Positions 1 to 10,011 of a DNA stretch of 64,000 nt are shown here, one piece after another. Where the stretch lies: assembly GCA_963674865.2 (NCBI GenBank), contig CAXXYE010000002.1:160001-224000 (forward strand), given 5' to 3'. The DNA comes from Candidatus Hydrogenedentota bacterium. Its GTDB lineage: Bacteria; Hydrogenedentota; Hydrogenedentia; Hydrogenedentales; SLHB01. The translations under genes and the position numbers were made by a program. Under the pieces are notes generated by a model, which worked only from the letters and a program-made list of their open reading frames with translations, had not been told where the DNA came from and made no database searches. Each line of letters opens with the position of its first letter. Positions within the stretch are counted from its first letter, which is position 1.

Positions 1-201
1 GCCGGCGGCGACCGGCATGTCCAAGTGATAGATCACACCCATCTCACAGTCCTGCCAGCGCAATTGCGCGGCCGTAGGCGTAGTGACGCCTGACGTCTCG
101 ACATTCGCGAGTACATGACGACTGCCCGACCCCAGAAGCGTCGTTCCAACACCAGCCGCTGCTACCTGCAGTATGCGCCGACGCGTCAGTTTTTCTTGCA
201 T
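1..201 (-). CDS. Tat-exported alpha-L-fucosidase (GH29)-like protein, 5' part (runs off the window)
   Basis: Manual translation MQEKLTRRRILQVAAAG...PTAAQLRWQDCEMGVIYHLDMP: twin-arginine signal and GH29-type N-terminal motif; GGGAGA RBS upstream. Confidence 0.7.
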   Translation of the reverse strand, partial: MQEKLTRRRILQVAAAGVGTTLLGSGSRHVLANVETSGVTTPTAAQLRWQDCEMGVIYHLDMPVAAG

Positions 202-430
202 GGCTATCTCTCCCTACGTTTATGTGTCGGCGTTACTCGCGGTAATCCCACTGATGTTCGCTGTTGTTGCGTGTTCTGCTGCCGTTTAACTTACAGCCGC
301 CTTGGCGTCAACTTCAAAGATGACGAGATGCCCCCTGTGATCTACACAGGCGAGTGCTGCGATTAGGTGGCGCGAGAGAGCATTCAAGCTCTCCTAGCAC
401 CTGCAGCCCCAAGCTGGCAAAGCGAAGTTC

Positions 431-580
431 TTGTGGATTGGGAGCGGGGCAAGAGAGGATTCGAGCAATGGCCGAAGGCCACCCGATAAAAGGACTACCG
501 CGTGATGCTGGACAAGCAGGGCAATGAAATTGACGCCGTTATCGTGGCGATACCGGACCACATGCACGCTTTTGGGGCGT
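431..580 (+). pseudogene. Gfo/Idh/MocA oxidoreductase internal remnant
   Basis: Reads VDWERGKRGFEQWPKATR*KDYRVMLDKQGNEIDAVIVAIPDHMHAF; in-frame TAA where Tyr is expected; no recognisable N- or C-terminus. Confidence 0.65.
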
Positions 581-670
581 TGGCCTTCAAGGATGAAGAG
601 GAATTCGCGACGGGGACACGGTGTTTTGTTAAGTTGTTGGGAGAGATCTTAACACAGGAGGCCTGCTACT

Positions 671-1240
671 ATGAGGAAACTGCGTTTGGCATCTCGGAGC
701 ATTTCCTTTAAAGCTATGGCGCTGGTCCTCGTCCTGACGGGTGGGGCCCTGACTGGTTGTCCGTTGCCGCCGGAGACCGTAGCGTTCGTTGACTTGGAGC
801 GCTACATGGGGCTGTGGTATCAGGTCGCTGGCTACTCCTTTTTTCCTACGCGGAATCTGGTTGGGGTGACGGCTGAGTATACTCTTCAGCAAGACGGAAT
901 GGTGAGGGTGGTGAACCGCGGCTTCGATGGAGGCTTCGACGGACCGGAAGAGGTCATCGAGGGTACCGCGCGCGTCGTAGACCTGACAACAAATGCCAAA
1001 CTCGAAGTGATATTCCCTTCGATCCTGGCGGGGCTCTTGAAGGGCGAATACTGGATTATTGCCCTCGACGATGTCGCCTACAGCTACGCTGTCGTATCGG
1101 ACTCGCGGCGCGCCACGCTCTTTGTCCTCAGCCGCGCTCCCGTCATGGCGCCTGACGTGCTCGATGCCATCATCGAGGACCTCGTCGCACGCGGCTATAA
1201 ACGGAACCGTATCGTGTACTTCCCGCAGCTTGATCAGTAG
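671..1240 (+). CDS. blc: Lipocalin family lipoprotein (Blc-like)
   Basis: Lipobox LTGC; VDLERYMGLWYQVA (GxW lipocalin motif); YWIIALD and LFVLSR motifs. Confidence 0.9.
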   Translation: MRKLRLASRSISFKAMALVLVLTGGALTGCPLPPETVAFVDLERYMGLWYQVAGYSFFPTRNLVGVTAEYTLQQDGMVRVVNRGFDGGFDGPEEVIEGTARVVDLTTNAKLEVIFPSILAGLLKGEYWIIALDDVAYSYAVVSDSRRATLFVLSRAPVMAPDVLDAIIEDLVARGYKRNRIVYFPQLDQ

Positions 1241-1416
1241 AACTCAAATAGGTTTGATTCCGCGAATCTCAAGACGCGTTGGAAGAAGCTCGTTGTGTGT
1301 CCTAGATGTTCGATCCTGAAGGATTTATGAGTTGCTGATTCGCGTGAAGCAAAGACTGAGTCGTCGGGTGAGCTAAGACTGGGCATCCTCGGCATGATTC
1401 AACAACCGACGCCAGA

Positions 1417-2430
1417 ATGAGATCAGTCTCAGGAGAGATACCAGACGCTGCCTCCGACCTCATTGTGGGAGCTGGCCTTTCCGGGTTGTTGGCTGGTCGC
1501 CAACTCCATGATGCAGGGATCTCTGTCGCGATACTGGACAAAGGCCGAGGCGTTGGTGGGCGGTGTGCCACGAGGCGTTTTGCAGGCCGGAGATTCGACC
1601 ACGGAGCACAGTTCTTCACGGCACGCGCCACAGCTTTCATCAAGCTCGTACAGAAGTGGCGTGAAGCCAGTCTGGTAAGAGAGTGGAGTCATGGGTTCCA
1701 GGCAGGTGGTGACTCGCCTGGGAAAGGCGGCAATCCCCGTTACTGTGCCGTCAATGGCATGAATACCATTCCCAAAGCACTTGCCGCTGGTCTACCTATC
1801 TATACGAGAACGAGAGTCGTGGGAGCCGAGCGGACGAGCGAGGTGTGGCGGGTGCGCACCGAGCGCGGGACAACTGTCCAAGCGAAACGGTTGATACTGA
1901 CAGCACCGCTACCTCAATCCCTAGCCTTGCTGCCAAAGGACGTACGCGCCGAGTTGACCGAACGGCATCCGCGCATCCAAGAGGTCGTGTACGAGCCGTG
2001 TTTCGCGGTGTTGCTGTTGCTGGATGGTCCCTCGGCTTTGCCACAACCCGGAGGCATGCGACTCGATACCCCGGATATTGCATGGATCGCAGACAACACC
2101 ATGAAGGGACTTAACACGGGCGTCTCGGGACTGACAATCCACACGACGTGCCAGTTTGCGGAAGGCCGCCTCGAATCGCCCCACGATCAAATCGCAAACG
2201 AGATCATTGCTCAGTCTCGTCGTTGGCTCGAGCGCAAGGTTACGCGCCGACAGGTACACCGATGGCTGTACAGCAAGCCAGTGAGCTTCGTCGGAGAACC
2301 TTACGTGGCGCTGGGGAATCCACCACACCTATTGCTCTGTGGCGACTGCATGCTGCCACCGTCGCGCATCGAGGGAGCGGTTCTGTCTGGGATGGCGGCC
2401 GCGGAGGCCCTGCTCAAAGGCGGTGTTTGA
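1417..2430 (+). CDS. Renalase-like FAD/NAD(P)-dependent oxidoreductase
   Basis: GAGLSG dinucleotide fold; DKGRGVGGR-ATRR; FDHGAQFFT; HRWLYS; CGD...IEGAVLSG. Confidence 0.9.
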   Translation: MRSVSGEIPDAASDLIVGAGLSGLLAGRQLHDAGISVAILDKGRGVGGRCATRRFAGRRFDHGAQFFTARATAFIKLVQKWREASLVREWSHGFQAGGDSPGKGGNPRYCAVNGMNTIPKALAAGLPIYTRTRVVGAERTSEVWRVRTERGTTVQAKRLILTAPLPQSLALLPKDVRAELTERHPRIQEVVYEPCFAVLLLLDGPSALPQPGGMRLDTPDIAWIADNTMKGLNTGVSGLTIHTTCQFAEGRLESPHDQIANEIIAQSRRWLERKVTRRQVHRWLYSKPVSFVGEPYVALGNPPHLLLCGDCMLPPSRIEGAVLSGMAAAEALLKGGV

Positions 2431-2602
2431 TGGACCAGATTCCCAGCCGCGAGACTCCGGTGGGCCATTGGAAAGGCTCAGTGGGCATTTTTGCTTGGTG
2501 TAAACCTGGTCGAGTGGCTTGCCTCACGTAGCGAAACAGTTATCCGAGCGGACCGTTCTTCGGGGACACTGCCGTTTGAATGATTGGAGGACTCATTGAT
2601 CG

Positions 2603-3373
2603 ATGGACATGATGCCGCAATGGCTTGAGACGCTTCTGGCAGCGCATCAAAACGCGCTATGGTTCATCACCGTGCTACTCGATCTAGGGATGACCCTGGT
2701 GCTGTTCCGAGTCTTTGGCAAGACAGGCCTATACGCTGTCGTGGTGTTGAACATCATGTTGTGCAACATTGTCGGCCCGAAGATCACAACCATATTTGGA
2801 CTCAACACCAGTATGGGAGCCATTATCTACTCCGGGATCTACTTCGCCACAGACCTTCTGGGGGAACGATATGGCAAGCGCGAGGCCAATCGCGCCGTCT
2901 TCGTGGGATTCGCTGTCAGTGTGTTAGTCGTGGTTTTTGGCATGATCAGTCTTGCATTCCTACCCTCACAGGATCAGCAGAAGCGGGAGTTTGCCGTAAG
3001 CATACACGGCGCCTTGTCGCTTCTTTTCAATTTTACGCCACGCTTTATCTTTGGGTCGCTGCTGGCTTACCTCATCAGCCAAACCCACGACGTGTGGCTC
3101 TTTCACCTCTTGAAGCGGAAGACGCGGGGCCGGCACCTCTGGCTGCGCAATAATGTATCGACGATCGCTTCGCAGGCGATCGACACCGCCGTGTACGGTC
3201 TAGTGGTGTGGGGGGCCATCTTTGACTTGCGCACCGCGGTCGAGCTTGCCCTGGCCAAGTATGTTTTCAAGGTAGTGATTGCTCTCCTCGATACACCCTT
3301 CATCTATTGGGCTCGGACCTGGGACGTGCGCGAGCGCGACTGGAACGAGGGCCCTGGAATCGCCGAAAGCTGA
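2603..3373 (+). CDS. Queuosine precursor transporter (YhhQ/VUT family)
   Basis: Multi-pass membrane protein; TDLLGERYG, SLLAYLISQ, LWLRNNVST, SQAIDT, DTPFIY motifs. Confidence 0.9.
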   Translation: MDMMPQWLETLLAAHQNALWFITVLLDLGMTLVLFRVFGKTGLYAVVVLNIMLCNIVGPKITTIFGLNTSMGAIIYSGIYFATDLLGERYGKREANRAVFVGFAVSVLVVVFGMISLAFLPSQDQQKREFAVSIHGALSLLFNFTPRFIFGSLLAYLISQTHDVWLFHLLKRKTRGRHLWLRNNVSTIASQAIDTAVYGLVVWGAIFDLRTAVELALAKYVFKVVIALLDTPFIYWARTWDVRERDWNEGPGIAES

Positions 3374-3646
3374 CCTGAATTGAAGCCTACGTTCGCCGCA
3401 TCTGGTTGCTCCCTGCGGCTCACTATGTTGAAGCATCAAGAACTACAACAAGAAGTGAGTCAAGGCTACACGCAGACCGGCGTTCTCATCGCAGTTGCAG
3501 CAAGGGGCCAGCGCGTTGTAGGAGGGGCAAGTCAAGTCATTGACGGTATTGGCACACAGCATTATAGTGTCAGGAACTGAGTTTACGATAGTGGCAGGCG
3601 TTTCGGCATGGGAAATCTCGGCCAAGGTCCGAAAGATTATTCGCTT

Positions 3647-4612
3647 ATGCGATTGCTTCGCTTCGTGCTAACTATTAGCTGCCTGTTGACATTAAATGCG
3701 GCGTTCGCGCAAGCCGATCTCGGCACGCTATTCGCTCCACGCCCGAAGGACCTGGAAACCGAGCTGCAACTCAACCTCCGAGTCTTCGGCACCGGTGAAA
3801 TCTCAGACACGAGCGATTCACTTGGCCTCGATGAATACGAGCTGCGTTTTCGTGTCCCCGTCCATGAGGATGAACGGCAGACCCTCTCGGCCGGGGTGGC
3901 CGTGTATGGCCTTCACCTCGACATGGACGGCTTGCTCGCCCCCGGAATCGGTCTTCCCAGCGACCTTTACGACGTGTCCGCCTCTTTGGCGTACCGTCGG
4001 GAACTCGACCGCGGCTGGACTCTTGGCTGCAATCTGCAATTCGGTTCCGCGTCGGCCAAAGTGTTCGATAGCAGCGACGGACTCTACCTGCGCGCCACGG
4101 GACTCTTGCGCATTCCCAACGAGCGAAATGCATGGCTCGTGCTTCTCCATGCGGACACACGGTTCGAGTGGCCCGTCTTCCCCGGCTTCGGCTATCAGTG
4201 GCGTTTCGAACGTGGCCATTATCTAGCGCTCGGGCTGCCCTTCTTGGCCACTGGTGTATCCCTGACCGAGCGGCTGCACTTCGAAGCGGCGTACTTCCCT
4301 ATCAACAACGTACGCGCCGCCCTACGCTACAAGATGACCGACAGTACCACGCCCTACCTCGCCTTCAGCTGGAACTCCCACTACTTCAAACGTGCCGATC
4401 ACGACGCCGACGAACACCTTGAATTCGAGGACAAGCGCATCGCCGCAGGTGTTGCCTTCAACCTTGGCAAGCACGCCAGGCTTGATTTCGAGGCCGGCTA
4501 CGCGTTTGACCGGTCGCTTGATGAGTACGAAGATTGGGATCATCGTGACAAGGACAAGATTGACCTCGAGGATGCTGGTTTCTTGGGCGCCTCATTCCGC
4601 TCGCGTTTCTAA
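3647..4612 (+). CDS. Exported outer-membrane beta-barrel protein (DUF6268-like)
   Basis: Signal peptide ending AFA; alternating beta-strand pattern; C-terminal Phe. Confidence 0.65.
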   Translation: MRLLRFVLTISCLLTLNAAFAQADLGTLFAPRPKDLETELQLNLRVFGTGEISDTSDSLGLDEYELRFRVPVHEDERQTLSAGVAVYGLHLDMDGLLAPGIGLPSDLYDVSASLAYRRELDRGWTLGCNLQFGSASAKVFDSSDGLYLRATGLLRIPNERNAWLVLLHADTRFEWPVFPGFGYQWRFERGHYLALGLPFLATGVSLTERLHFEAAYFPINNVRAALRYKMTDSTTPYLAFSWNSHYFKRADHDADEHLEFEDKRIAAGVAFNLGKHARLDFEAGYAFDRSLDEYEDWDHRDKDKIDLEDAGFLGASFRSRF

Positions 4613-4682
4613 GCGGGTTGGCGTGGGTGCCGCCGGTCGGAAAGTGCCCTTAGCGCTGCCCAACAGGTGTGTTTATCTGATT

Positions 4683-5702
4683 CTACGGGTCTGCAAGGGG
4701 TGCCTGTTCGCCAACGATCTTCGCCAAAGGGCCGACCAGTTCGAGACAGGCGTGCCGGCCTGCGCCCTCGAAGATTAGGCCGCCACTCCGGGCGTCCTCC
4801 AGTCGAACCGACACGGTGGATGTCATAGTCTCAGCCACGCGCTTGAGCATTACCCGGTCGTAGGGCGCATGAAGAAGCGCACCGCCCATTTTCTGGGCCT
4901 CGATGGCGAGTCGGTGGGTGCGATTGTGGAGCACCAAGTGCAGGTGTCTATCGGTGATGAGCAGGTCGTCGATAGCGCTATTGTTGTAGGTGGTGAACTG
5001 GTGGAGCGTGCCATCGAGGAGGAGCCCTGCAAGGAAGCCGCGAAACGACCCCGTCAGCCAAGGAATGGTGGCGACCGACGCCGTAACGCAAACGCCGGGG
5101 CGACCGAAGTGATTACTCTGAACCCAAGTGTAGGCTTCGGGGAACCCTTTGCCCCAATCCTTCTCGACGTAGCCACGCCCGCCGTCGAAATCGACGAGGA
5201 CACCGTCAACTTCCACTTGGCCTTTCAGGCCGTGGTCCAGCCCGAGTATGCCGTGGTAGCACTGCATGAAAGGTGCGAACGCGTAGGGGCCCATGGCTCC
5301 GGGCCGCGTCATGGTCACGGGCCATGGGAGCCACGGCTCGAATTGGACCTCCCCGCTCACTTGGGACAGTGGCTTAGAGCCCTCGGCCTGGAGGTCGAGG
5401 GTCATGTCCGTAGTCCTGAAGCGATTGGACCCTATGCGTATATCCAAACGGTCCGGCGCGGCCCTGAACTTTTCTAAGTCGAATCGATGATAGTGGGACG
5501 ACGCGGCATTGCCATCAAGCACCTGAATGAATGCATGACGATCCCGGCCGAGGAATACACCGGGTATTACCGCCATTGGCCTTTTCCCCATTGGGTCGAC
5601 GATTTTGAAGTACCATCCTTCGAAGACGTCCGCCGGACGCTCTAGCCGATGGGCAAAGTGGAAGCAGGCCGGTCGCCACGTATTTCGTAGTCGGTTAAAC
5701 AT
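4683..5702 (-). CDS. Tocopherol cyclase family protein
   Basis: FEGWYFK, MGPYAFAPFMQCYHG, GRGYVEKDWG-FP-AYTWVQ motifs; start chosen at MFNRL. Confidence 0.85.
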   Translation of the reverse strand: MFNRLRNTWRPACFHFAHRLERPADVFEGWYFKIVDPMGKRPMAVIPGVFLGRDRHAFIQVLDGNAASSHYHRFDLEKFRAAPDRLDIRIGSNRFRTTDMTLDLQAEGSKPLSQVSGEVQFEPWLPWPVTMTRPGAMGPYAFAPFMQCYHGILGLDHGLKGQVEVDGVLVDFDGGRGYVEKDWGKGFPEAYTWVQSNHFGRPGVCVTASVATIPWLTGSFRGFLAGLLLDGTLHQFTTYNNSAIDDLLITDRHLHLVLHNRTHRLAIEAQKMGGALLHAPYDRVMLKRVAETMTSTVSVRLEDARSGGLIFEGAGRHACLELVGPLAKIVGEQAPLADP

Positions 5703-5800
5703 GATGGAGAGTCTAACGACTTTGGGGGTTGCCGCGCCACGCGGCAAGGGATCTTGCGATGACCACCAGCGCACAGCTATTGTAGTCGCGTCGTTAGTGG

Positions 5801-6670
5801 TTGCGCATTAAGCGATTAAGGATCTCTTCCATCTTCAAGAGACAGCGAGCGAAAAGACATCCATCACGGCATGGAACCTGCGTGCTTGCGCTCTTTTGCT
5901 GCGTCTTCTCGGCCTACGCGGCTCAAGTCAAGACCGACAAGGCCAAGGGCAAGGCCCCTTCACAAATCAAACGGCATGAGACTGAGGCAGAGAAGAAGAA
6001 GCGTTGGTATGTTCGATTCGAAGGGCTAAACATCTACCCCGAACTGGAGGACGAGAAGCTGCTGGAGGGGCCGATAAACGCCGCGTTCCGAGTGCTTACG
6101 CCCAAACACGAGGGGTTCGAAACCTTCAGTCAGCAGCGTGACCGCGCAGGCCTATGGGCACCTCAGATCGGGATTGGGCGCGACCTGGGTGCCCACCTAT
6201 CTCTTTTCACGGCGGTGGGTTATTCCTCAGATATTCTCCGTACAAATCAGTGTCACCCGACGCTACTGCTGTTCCCTATGCGATCCAGCCTGGAGATGCG
6301 GCGCGGCGGAACCTATGTCGTGCTTGGGGCCGACTACTACCCTTTCGGCCTTCCAGACCAGCGACGCTACCATGGGCTCGTCGAGCGGCTGCGAGAAGCC
6401 AAGCCCCTGGCGGGCATACGCGTCTCGTACAACCGAACCGTGTTCGACGCCAACATGAACCTTGGTGGTCCGCCGCTCAACCGTTTATTGCACTTACGGA
6501 TTGACAAGGCCTGGGGCATCTTCAACTTCTATCCCATCCTGGGCGCGGAGATGCCCATCACGCGGGATACTGCCATCAGCCTCGGTGCCACCTACGACTA
6601 TCCGAGCCAGCAGAAAAGAAACCTCCGCGGTCCTGGCGTCTACATCGCGTTGAAGTGTTACTTTCGCTAG
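5801..6670 (+). CDS. Hypothetical exported/outer-membrane protein (true start probably downstream)
   Basis: 289-aa ORF with a signal-like hydrophobic segment and an aromatic beta-strand C-terminus. Confidence 0.55.
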   Translation: MRIKRLRISSIFKRQRAKRHPSRHGTCVLALFCCVFSAYAAQVKTDKAKGKAPSQIKRHETEAEKKKRWYVRFEGLNIYPELEDEKLLEGPINAAFRVLTPKHEGFETFSQQRDRAGLWAPQIGIGRDLGAHLSLFTAVGYSSDILRTNQCHPTLLLFPMRSSLEMRRGGTYVVLGADYYPFGLPDQRRYHGLVERLREAKPLAGIRVSYNRTVFDANMNLGGPPLNRLLHLRIDKAWGIFNFYPILGAEMPITRDTAISLGATYDYPSQQKRNLRGPGVYIALKCYFR

Positions 6671-7080
6671 TATCTGACCAATGGCGAAGCGGAAACACAT
6701 CGACCGGCTTCTAGCCGGCATTTTGCTTTACACTCGGGCGATGTCGAAAGCCAATAATATTTGTAGTTCCGGAGTATGTTCCTTTTGGTTCTCCGACCGA
6801 TGACAGCTAAGTACACGACTCTTCCCGTGGTCCTATTGGAGCAAGAAGAACTCTGGGCGCAGTTCTCCTGCTGTCTGTTTGGGCGACTTTCAGCACTAGA
6901 GCAGCGATCGCCCCGAATGACACGTCTAAGTCGGATTGACCCGAACGAGTTGAAATGCCCCAAGCACTGCAATACCTTCCAATGCCAACTGTTCGCCAAC
7001 ATGGAGTTTGTCCGGGCAAAGCGGCCTTCAAGGGGAAAGCTCGGATTGTCTGGGACGCCGTCACAAGGAGGGCCTGTCTT

Positions 7081-8688
7081 TTGAAAGCGATCTTCTGCCT
7101 TATTCTTGTTTTGTCTCTCTGTGCTGACACCGGGGCGTCTCACGCGGCTCCGGCAAACCGGCCAGAACGTCTTGATTGGTTCCAGGATTTGGGACTCGGC
7201 ATGTTCATCCATTGGAGCATGGATGGGCAGCTCGGCGTTGTTATAAGCCACTCGATGGCTGGGGCCAGTGACGATTACCTGAAGCGGTACGTGGAGGAGT
7301 TGCCGCAGACGTTCTATCCCGGGAAGTTCGATCCGAAGGCCTGGGCCAGGCTTGCCCGGGTAGTGGGTATGAAATACGTGATGTTTACGGCCAAGCACCA
7401 CTCCGGTTTCTGCATGTTCGATACCGCCACCACTGATTTCAGCATCATGCACACGCCGTTTAAGCGGGACATCGTCGCTGAAGTGGTGAACGCCTTCCGG
7501 AAAGAGGGGCTCGCCATTGGGTTGTACTTCTCCGCAGACGATTTCTATTGGCTGTACAAGAACAGTAAGTTGATCGACCGCCGTGCGGAACTGATGCCTC
7601 CCGCCCAGCCGGAACTGATGGGCTACGCCAGAGCCCAACTCAAAGAGCTGTTGAGCAATTACGGCCGCATAGACCTGATGTTCTTCGACGGTCATTCACA
7701 GGGACTGACCGATTTCGTCTGGGATCTTGTTCCGGATATGGTGATTACCGCAGGCGGCATGAGGGTCACCGAGCAGCATATTGCCGGCACACCCTCCGCC
7801 GAACCGTTCGAAGCCTGTTTTACGATGGGCCAGGAATGGAATTACCGTCCCACAAACGACCGCTATAAGAGCGGTACGCAGATGATCGAAATGCTGATCG
7901 AAACGCGGGCAAAGGGCGGCGTACTTCTCCTGAACGTAGGGCCGACTCCGGATGGGGAGATTCCTATCGAGCAGGAGAGCCGCCTTCGAGAGCTGGCGTT
8001 GTGGACCTTTGTCAATGGAGAAGCGATTTACGCGGTGCGGCCATGGATCGTGACCAACGAGGGTAGCTACTGGTTCACCAAGAAGAAGGATGCGAACACG
8101 ATTTACGTGTCCGTATGTGAGCCCTGGAAGTTTACAGAACGGAAGACGCTGCGGTTGGGATCGGTGCGGGCCACGGCAGATACCGAGGTCAGTGTGCTGG
8201 GGCAAAGTGACCAGTTGATCGAATACCGTCCCACGGAAAACGCCAAAACGACGTGGACTCAGGAAACCGACGGCCTGCATATCAGCGCGGCGCGCGCCCA
8301 GCGGTTGTACACCCGCGGCGTTTGGCCCAATCCTGTTGTCTTGAAGGTCACCAACGCAGAACCTGCGCTCAGCCCACCGAAAGTGGCTACGACCGACTGG
8401 GAATGGGATTCGGCAACGGAAACCGCCGTGTTTGAAGGTGAGTTGGTGGACCTGGCCGGAGCGAAATCGCTCAAGGTCTGGCTCGAATACCGTTCGCTTA
8501 AAGGGCAGGACACCAACGAAAGAACACTGCCGTGGATGGCCACGGCACCGGAACCACGCACGGCCCCTGGCGCCTTCTCGGCATCGGTTAAAGAACTGGA
8601 GCCGGGTGAGACCTATGAGTTTCGCGCGGTGGTGCAACACCCGTTGTTGGCGCTCTACGGCGAGGAAAAGAAGGCCGTCTTGAAGTAA
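7081..8688 (+). CDS. Alpha-L-fucosidase (GH29) with C-terminal extension
   Basis: WF-D-GLGMFIHW, FTAKHHSGF, LLLNVGP motifs; TTG start with an AGGAGG RBS and a signal peptide. Confidence 0.9.
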   Translation: MKAIFCLILVLSLCADTGASHAAPANRPERLDWFQDLGLGMFIHWSMDGQLGVVISHSMAGASDDYLKRYVEELPQTFYPGKFDPKAWARLARVVGMKYVMFTAKHHSGFCMFDTATTDFSIMHTPFKRDIVAEVVNAFRKEGLAIGLYFSADDFYWLYKNSKLIDRRAELMPPAQPELMGYARAQLKELLSNYGRIDLMFFDGHSQGLTDFVWDLVPDMVITAGGMRVTEQHIAGTPSAEPFEACFTMGQEWNYRPTNDRYKSGTQMIEMLIETRAKGGVLLLNVGPTPDGEIPIEQESRLRELALWTFVNGEAIYAVRPWIVTNEGSYWFTKKKDANTIYVSVCEPWKFTERKTLRLGSVRATADTEVSVLGQSDQLIEYRPTENAKTTWTQETDGLHISAARAQRLYTRGVWPNPVVLKVTNAEPALSPPKVATTDWEWDSATETAVFEGELVDLAGAKSLKVWLEYRSLKGQDTNERTLPWMATAPEPRTAPGAFSASVKELEPGETYEFRAVVQHPLLALYGEEKKAVLK

Positions 8689-8827
8689 CGATGCTTCCTC
8701 GCGAATTCACCATATCCATCGCGTAGATGTGAAGACGCCGGTCGAGAAATGAAGCGATTGGCGTGGCCGGCCGAGCGTCCTTCGCCGTGGGCTACGACGT
8801 TCCCGCACGGAACGGCGTGGAAGAACG

Positions 8828-8901
8828 CTAGGTGTCAAAACGACATACATCGAGCCGGGCAGCCCTAGGATAAGGGATACAACGAATCCTTCAACGTGAA
8901 A
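8828..8901 (+). mobile_element. Degenerate IS3-family transposase remnant
   Basis: LGVKTTYIEPGSP, then after a 1-nt shift GYNESFNVK, matching the IS3 IEPGSPWENGYxESFNG motif. Confidence 0.65.
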
Positions 8902-8984
8902 ATATCGTTGGGCCTTCCCGCGCAACAAGTGCACCGCAGCTCAATAGGGGCTCTGTTAGGGCGAGGTCATCTTCGTAGCCAACA

Positions 8985-9956
8985 TCATGTCTTACTATGC
9001 GCATCATCGTCCGGCGCGTCTATCAGCGGGAGCGATTCCGACAGCTGCAGGACGGCCCCGGCCTGACTCTGAATGAAGTCGCTCATCGCCGTCTCCTTTA
9101 CCCAATCGGTCCGGATGGCCGATAGCCCGTAATAGGCGCCGGCCAGCTGGTCGTAGACTGCGCCGGTAGTATCAACGTCGTCGCCTAGATTCACCGCCAG
9201 AAGGACCCCTTCCTCAAACGTGCTGCTCTTGAAGAACGCCCAGAGGGCCGCTTCGAGGCAGTCCACAACATAGCCGGAGCCTCTGACCGCCGGCGGGTTG
9301 CGAACCTTGAAACTGCCGTCTGCAATGGCGCCTATCTCCGGACACAGAGGCTGCCTCTCCCAGCCGTCCTCCACAGGACAATACCGGGGGCCAAGGAGGC
9401 GCTCCTTCTCTACACCGTGGGCCGCGCCTACGAGGAGCCCGCCGAAGTACCGGCATGCGTCGATGCATGTGCGGGCAACGTGCGTCGTTCTCGCGCTCTC
9501 ACCTGATTTCTCGACTGCGTGGACGGGGGCGCCCGCGTACGCCAGCGGCACCGGGGCAAGGCGCATGATGCATCCGTTGCCTGCCGAGTAGGTATCGGTG
9601 GGCCCCGGGTAGGCTTCACGGGTGCTCTGGAACGTTCTGAGGGCTTGGCGTACGGTGTTCCCGATATTGAAGCACGTCCCGGTGCAGCTGAGATGCCCTT
9701 CCTTCCACCAGCGGACGTAACGGTCAAGCTGGTCGATGGGGTCGAATCCCCGACGCACAACCAGACTCTCCGCGAGGCAGAGGGCCATGGAGGTGTCGTC
9801 CGTCCATTGTCCGGGCTCCAGCCCAAAAGGCCCGCCACCAAGCATGTCCGCTACCGGTTCGAACGTGCCGAGCTCCTGGAATTCCACTGTGGTGCCGAGC
9901 GCGTCGCCAATGGCTAGTCCGATCAGGCACCCTGCATAATGGTCGAGCAACGTCAT
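8985..9956 (-). CDS. ADP-ribosylglycohydrolase (DraG/ARH family)
   Basis: GDALG, GQWTDDT, GNGCIMRLAP, GDDVDTT motifs. Confidence 0.92.
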   Translation of the reverse strand: MTLLDHYAGCLIGLAIGDALGTTVEFQELGTFEPVADMLGGGPFGLEPGQWTDDTSMALCLAESLVVRRGFDPIDQLDRYVRWWKEGHLSCTGTCFNIGNTVRQALRTFQSTREAYPGPTDTYSAGNGCIMRLAPVPLAYAGAPVHAVEKSGESARTTHVARTCIDACRYFGGLLVGAAHGVEKERLLGPRYCPVEDGWERQPLCPEIGAIADGSFKVRNPPAVRGSGYVVDCLEAALWAFFKSSTFEEGVLLAVNLGDDVDTTGAVYDQLAGAYYGLSAIRTDWVKETAMSDFIQSQAGAVLQLSESLPLIDAPDDDAHSKT

Positions 9957-10011
9957 ATCCACGCTCTGCGCACCACCGGCTGCTTTATGATCTCGTTGAC
10001 CCTCGCCGGGT

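Noticed and set aside
2431..2602. preQ1 riboswitch upstream of the YhhQ-like gene
   Set aside because: No recognisable preQ1 stem-loop or A-rich tail by eye; an Rfam scan would be needed to exclude it fully
6667..8640. 342-aa and 314-aa minus-strand ORFs
   Set aside because: Antisense to the well-supported GH29 gene; the same reasoning applies to most other overlapping ORFs in the track
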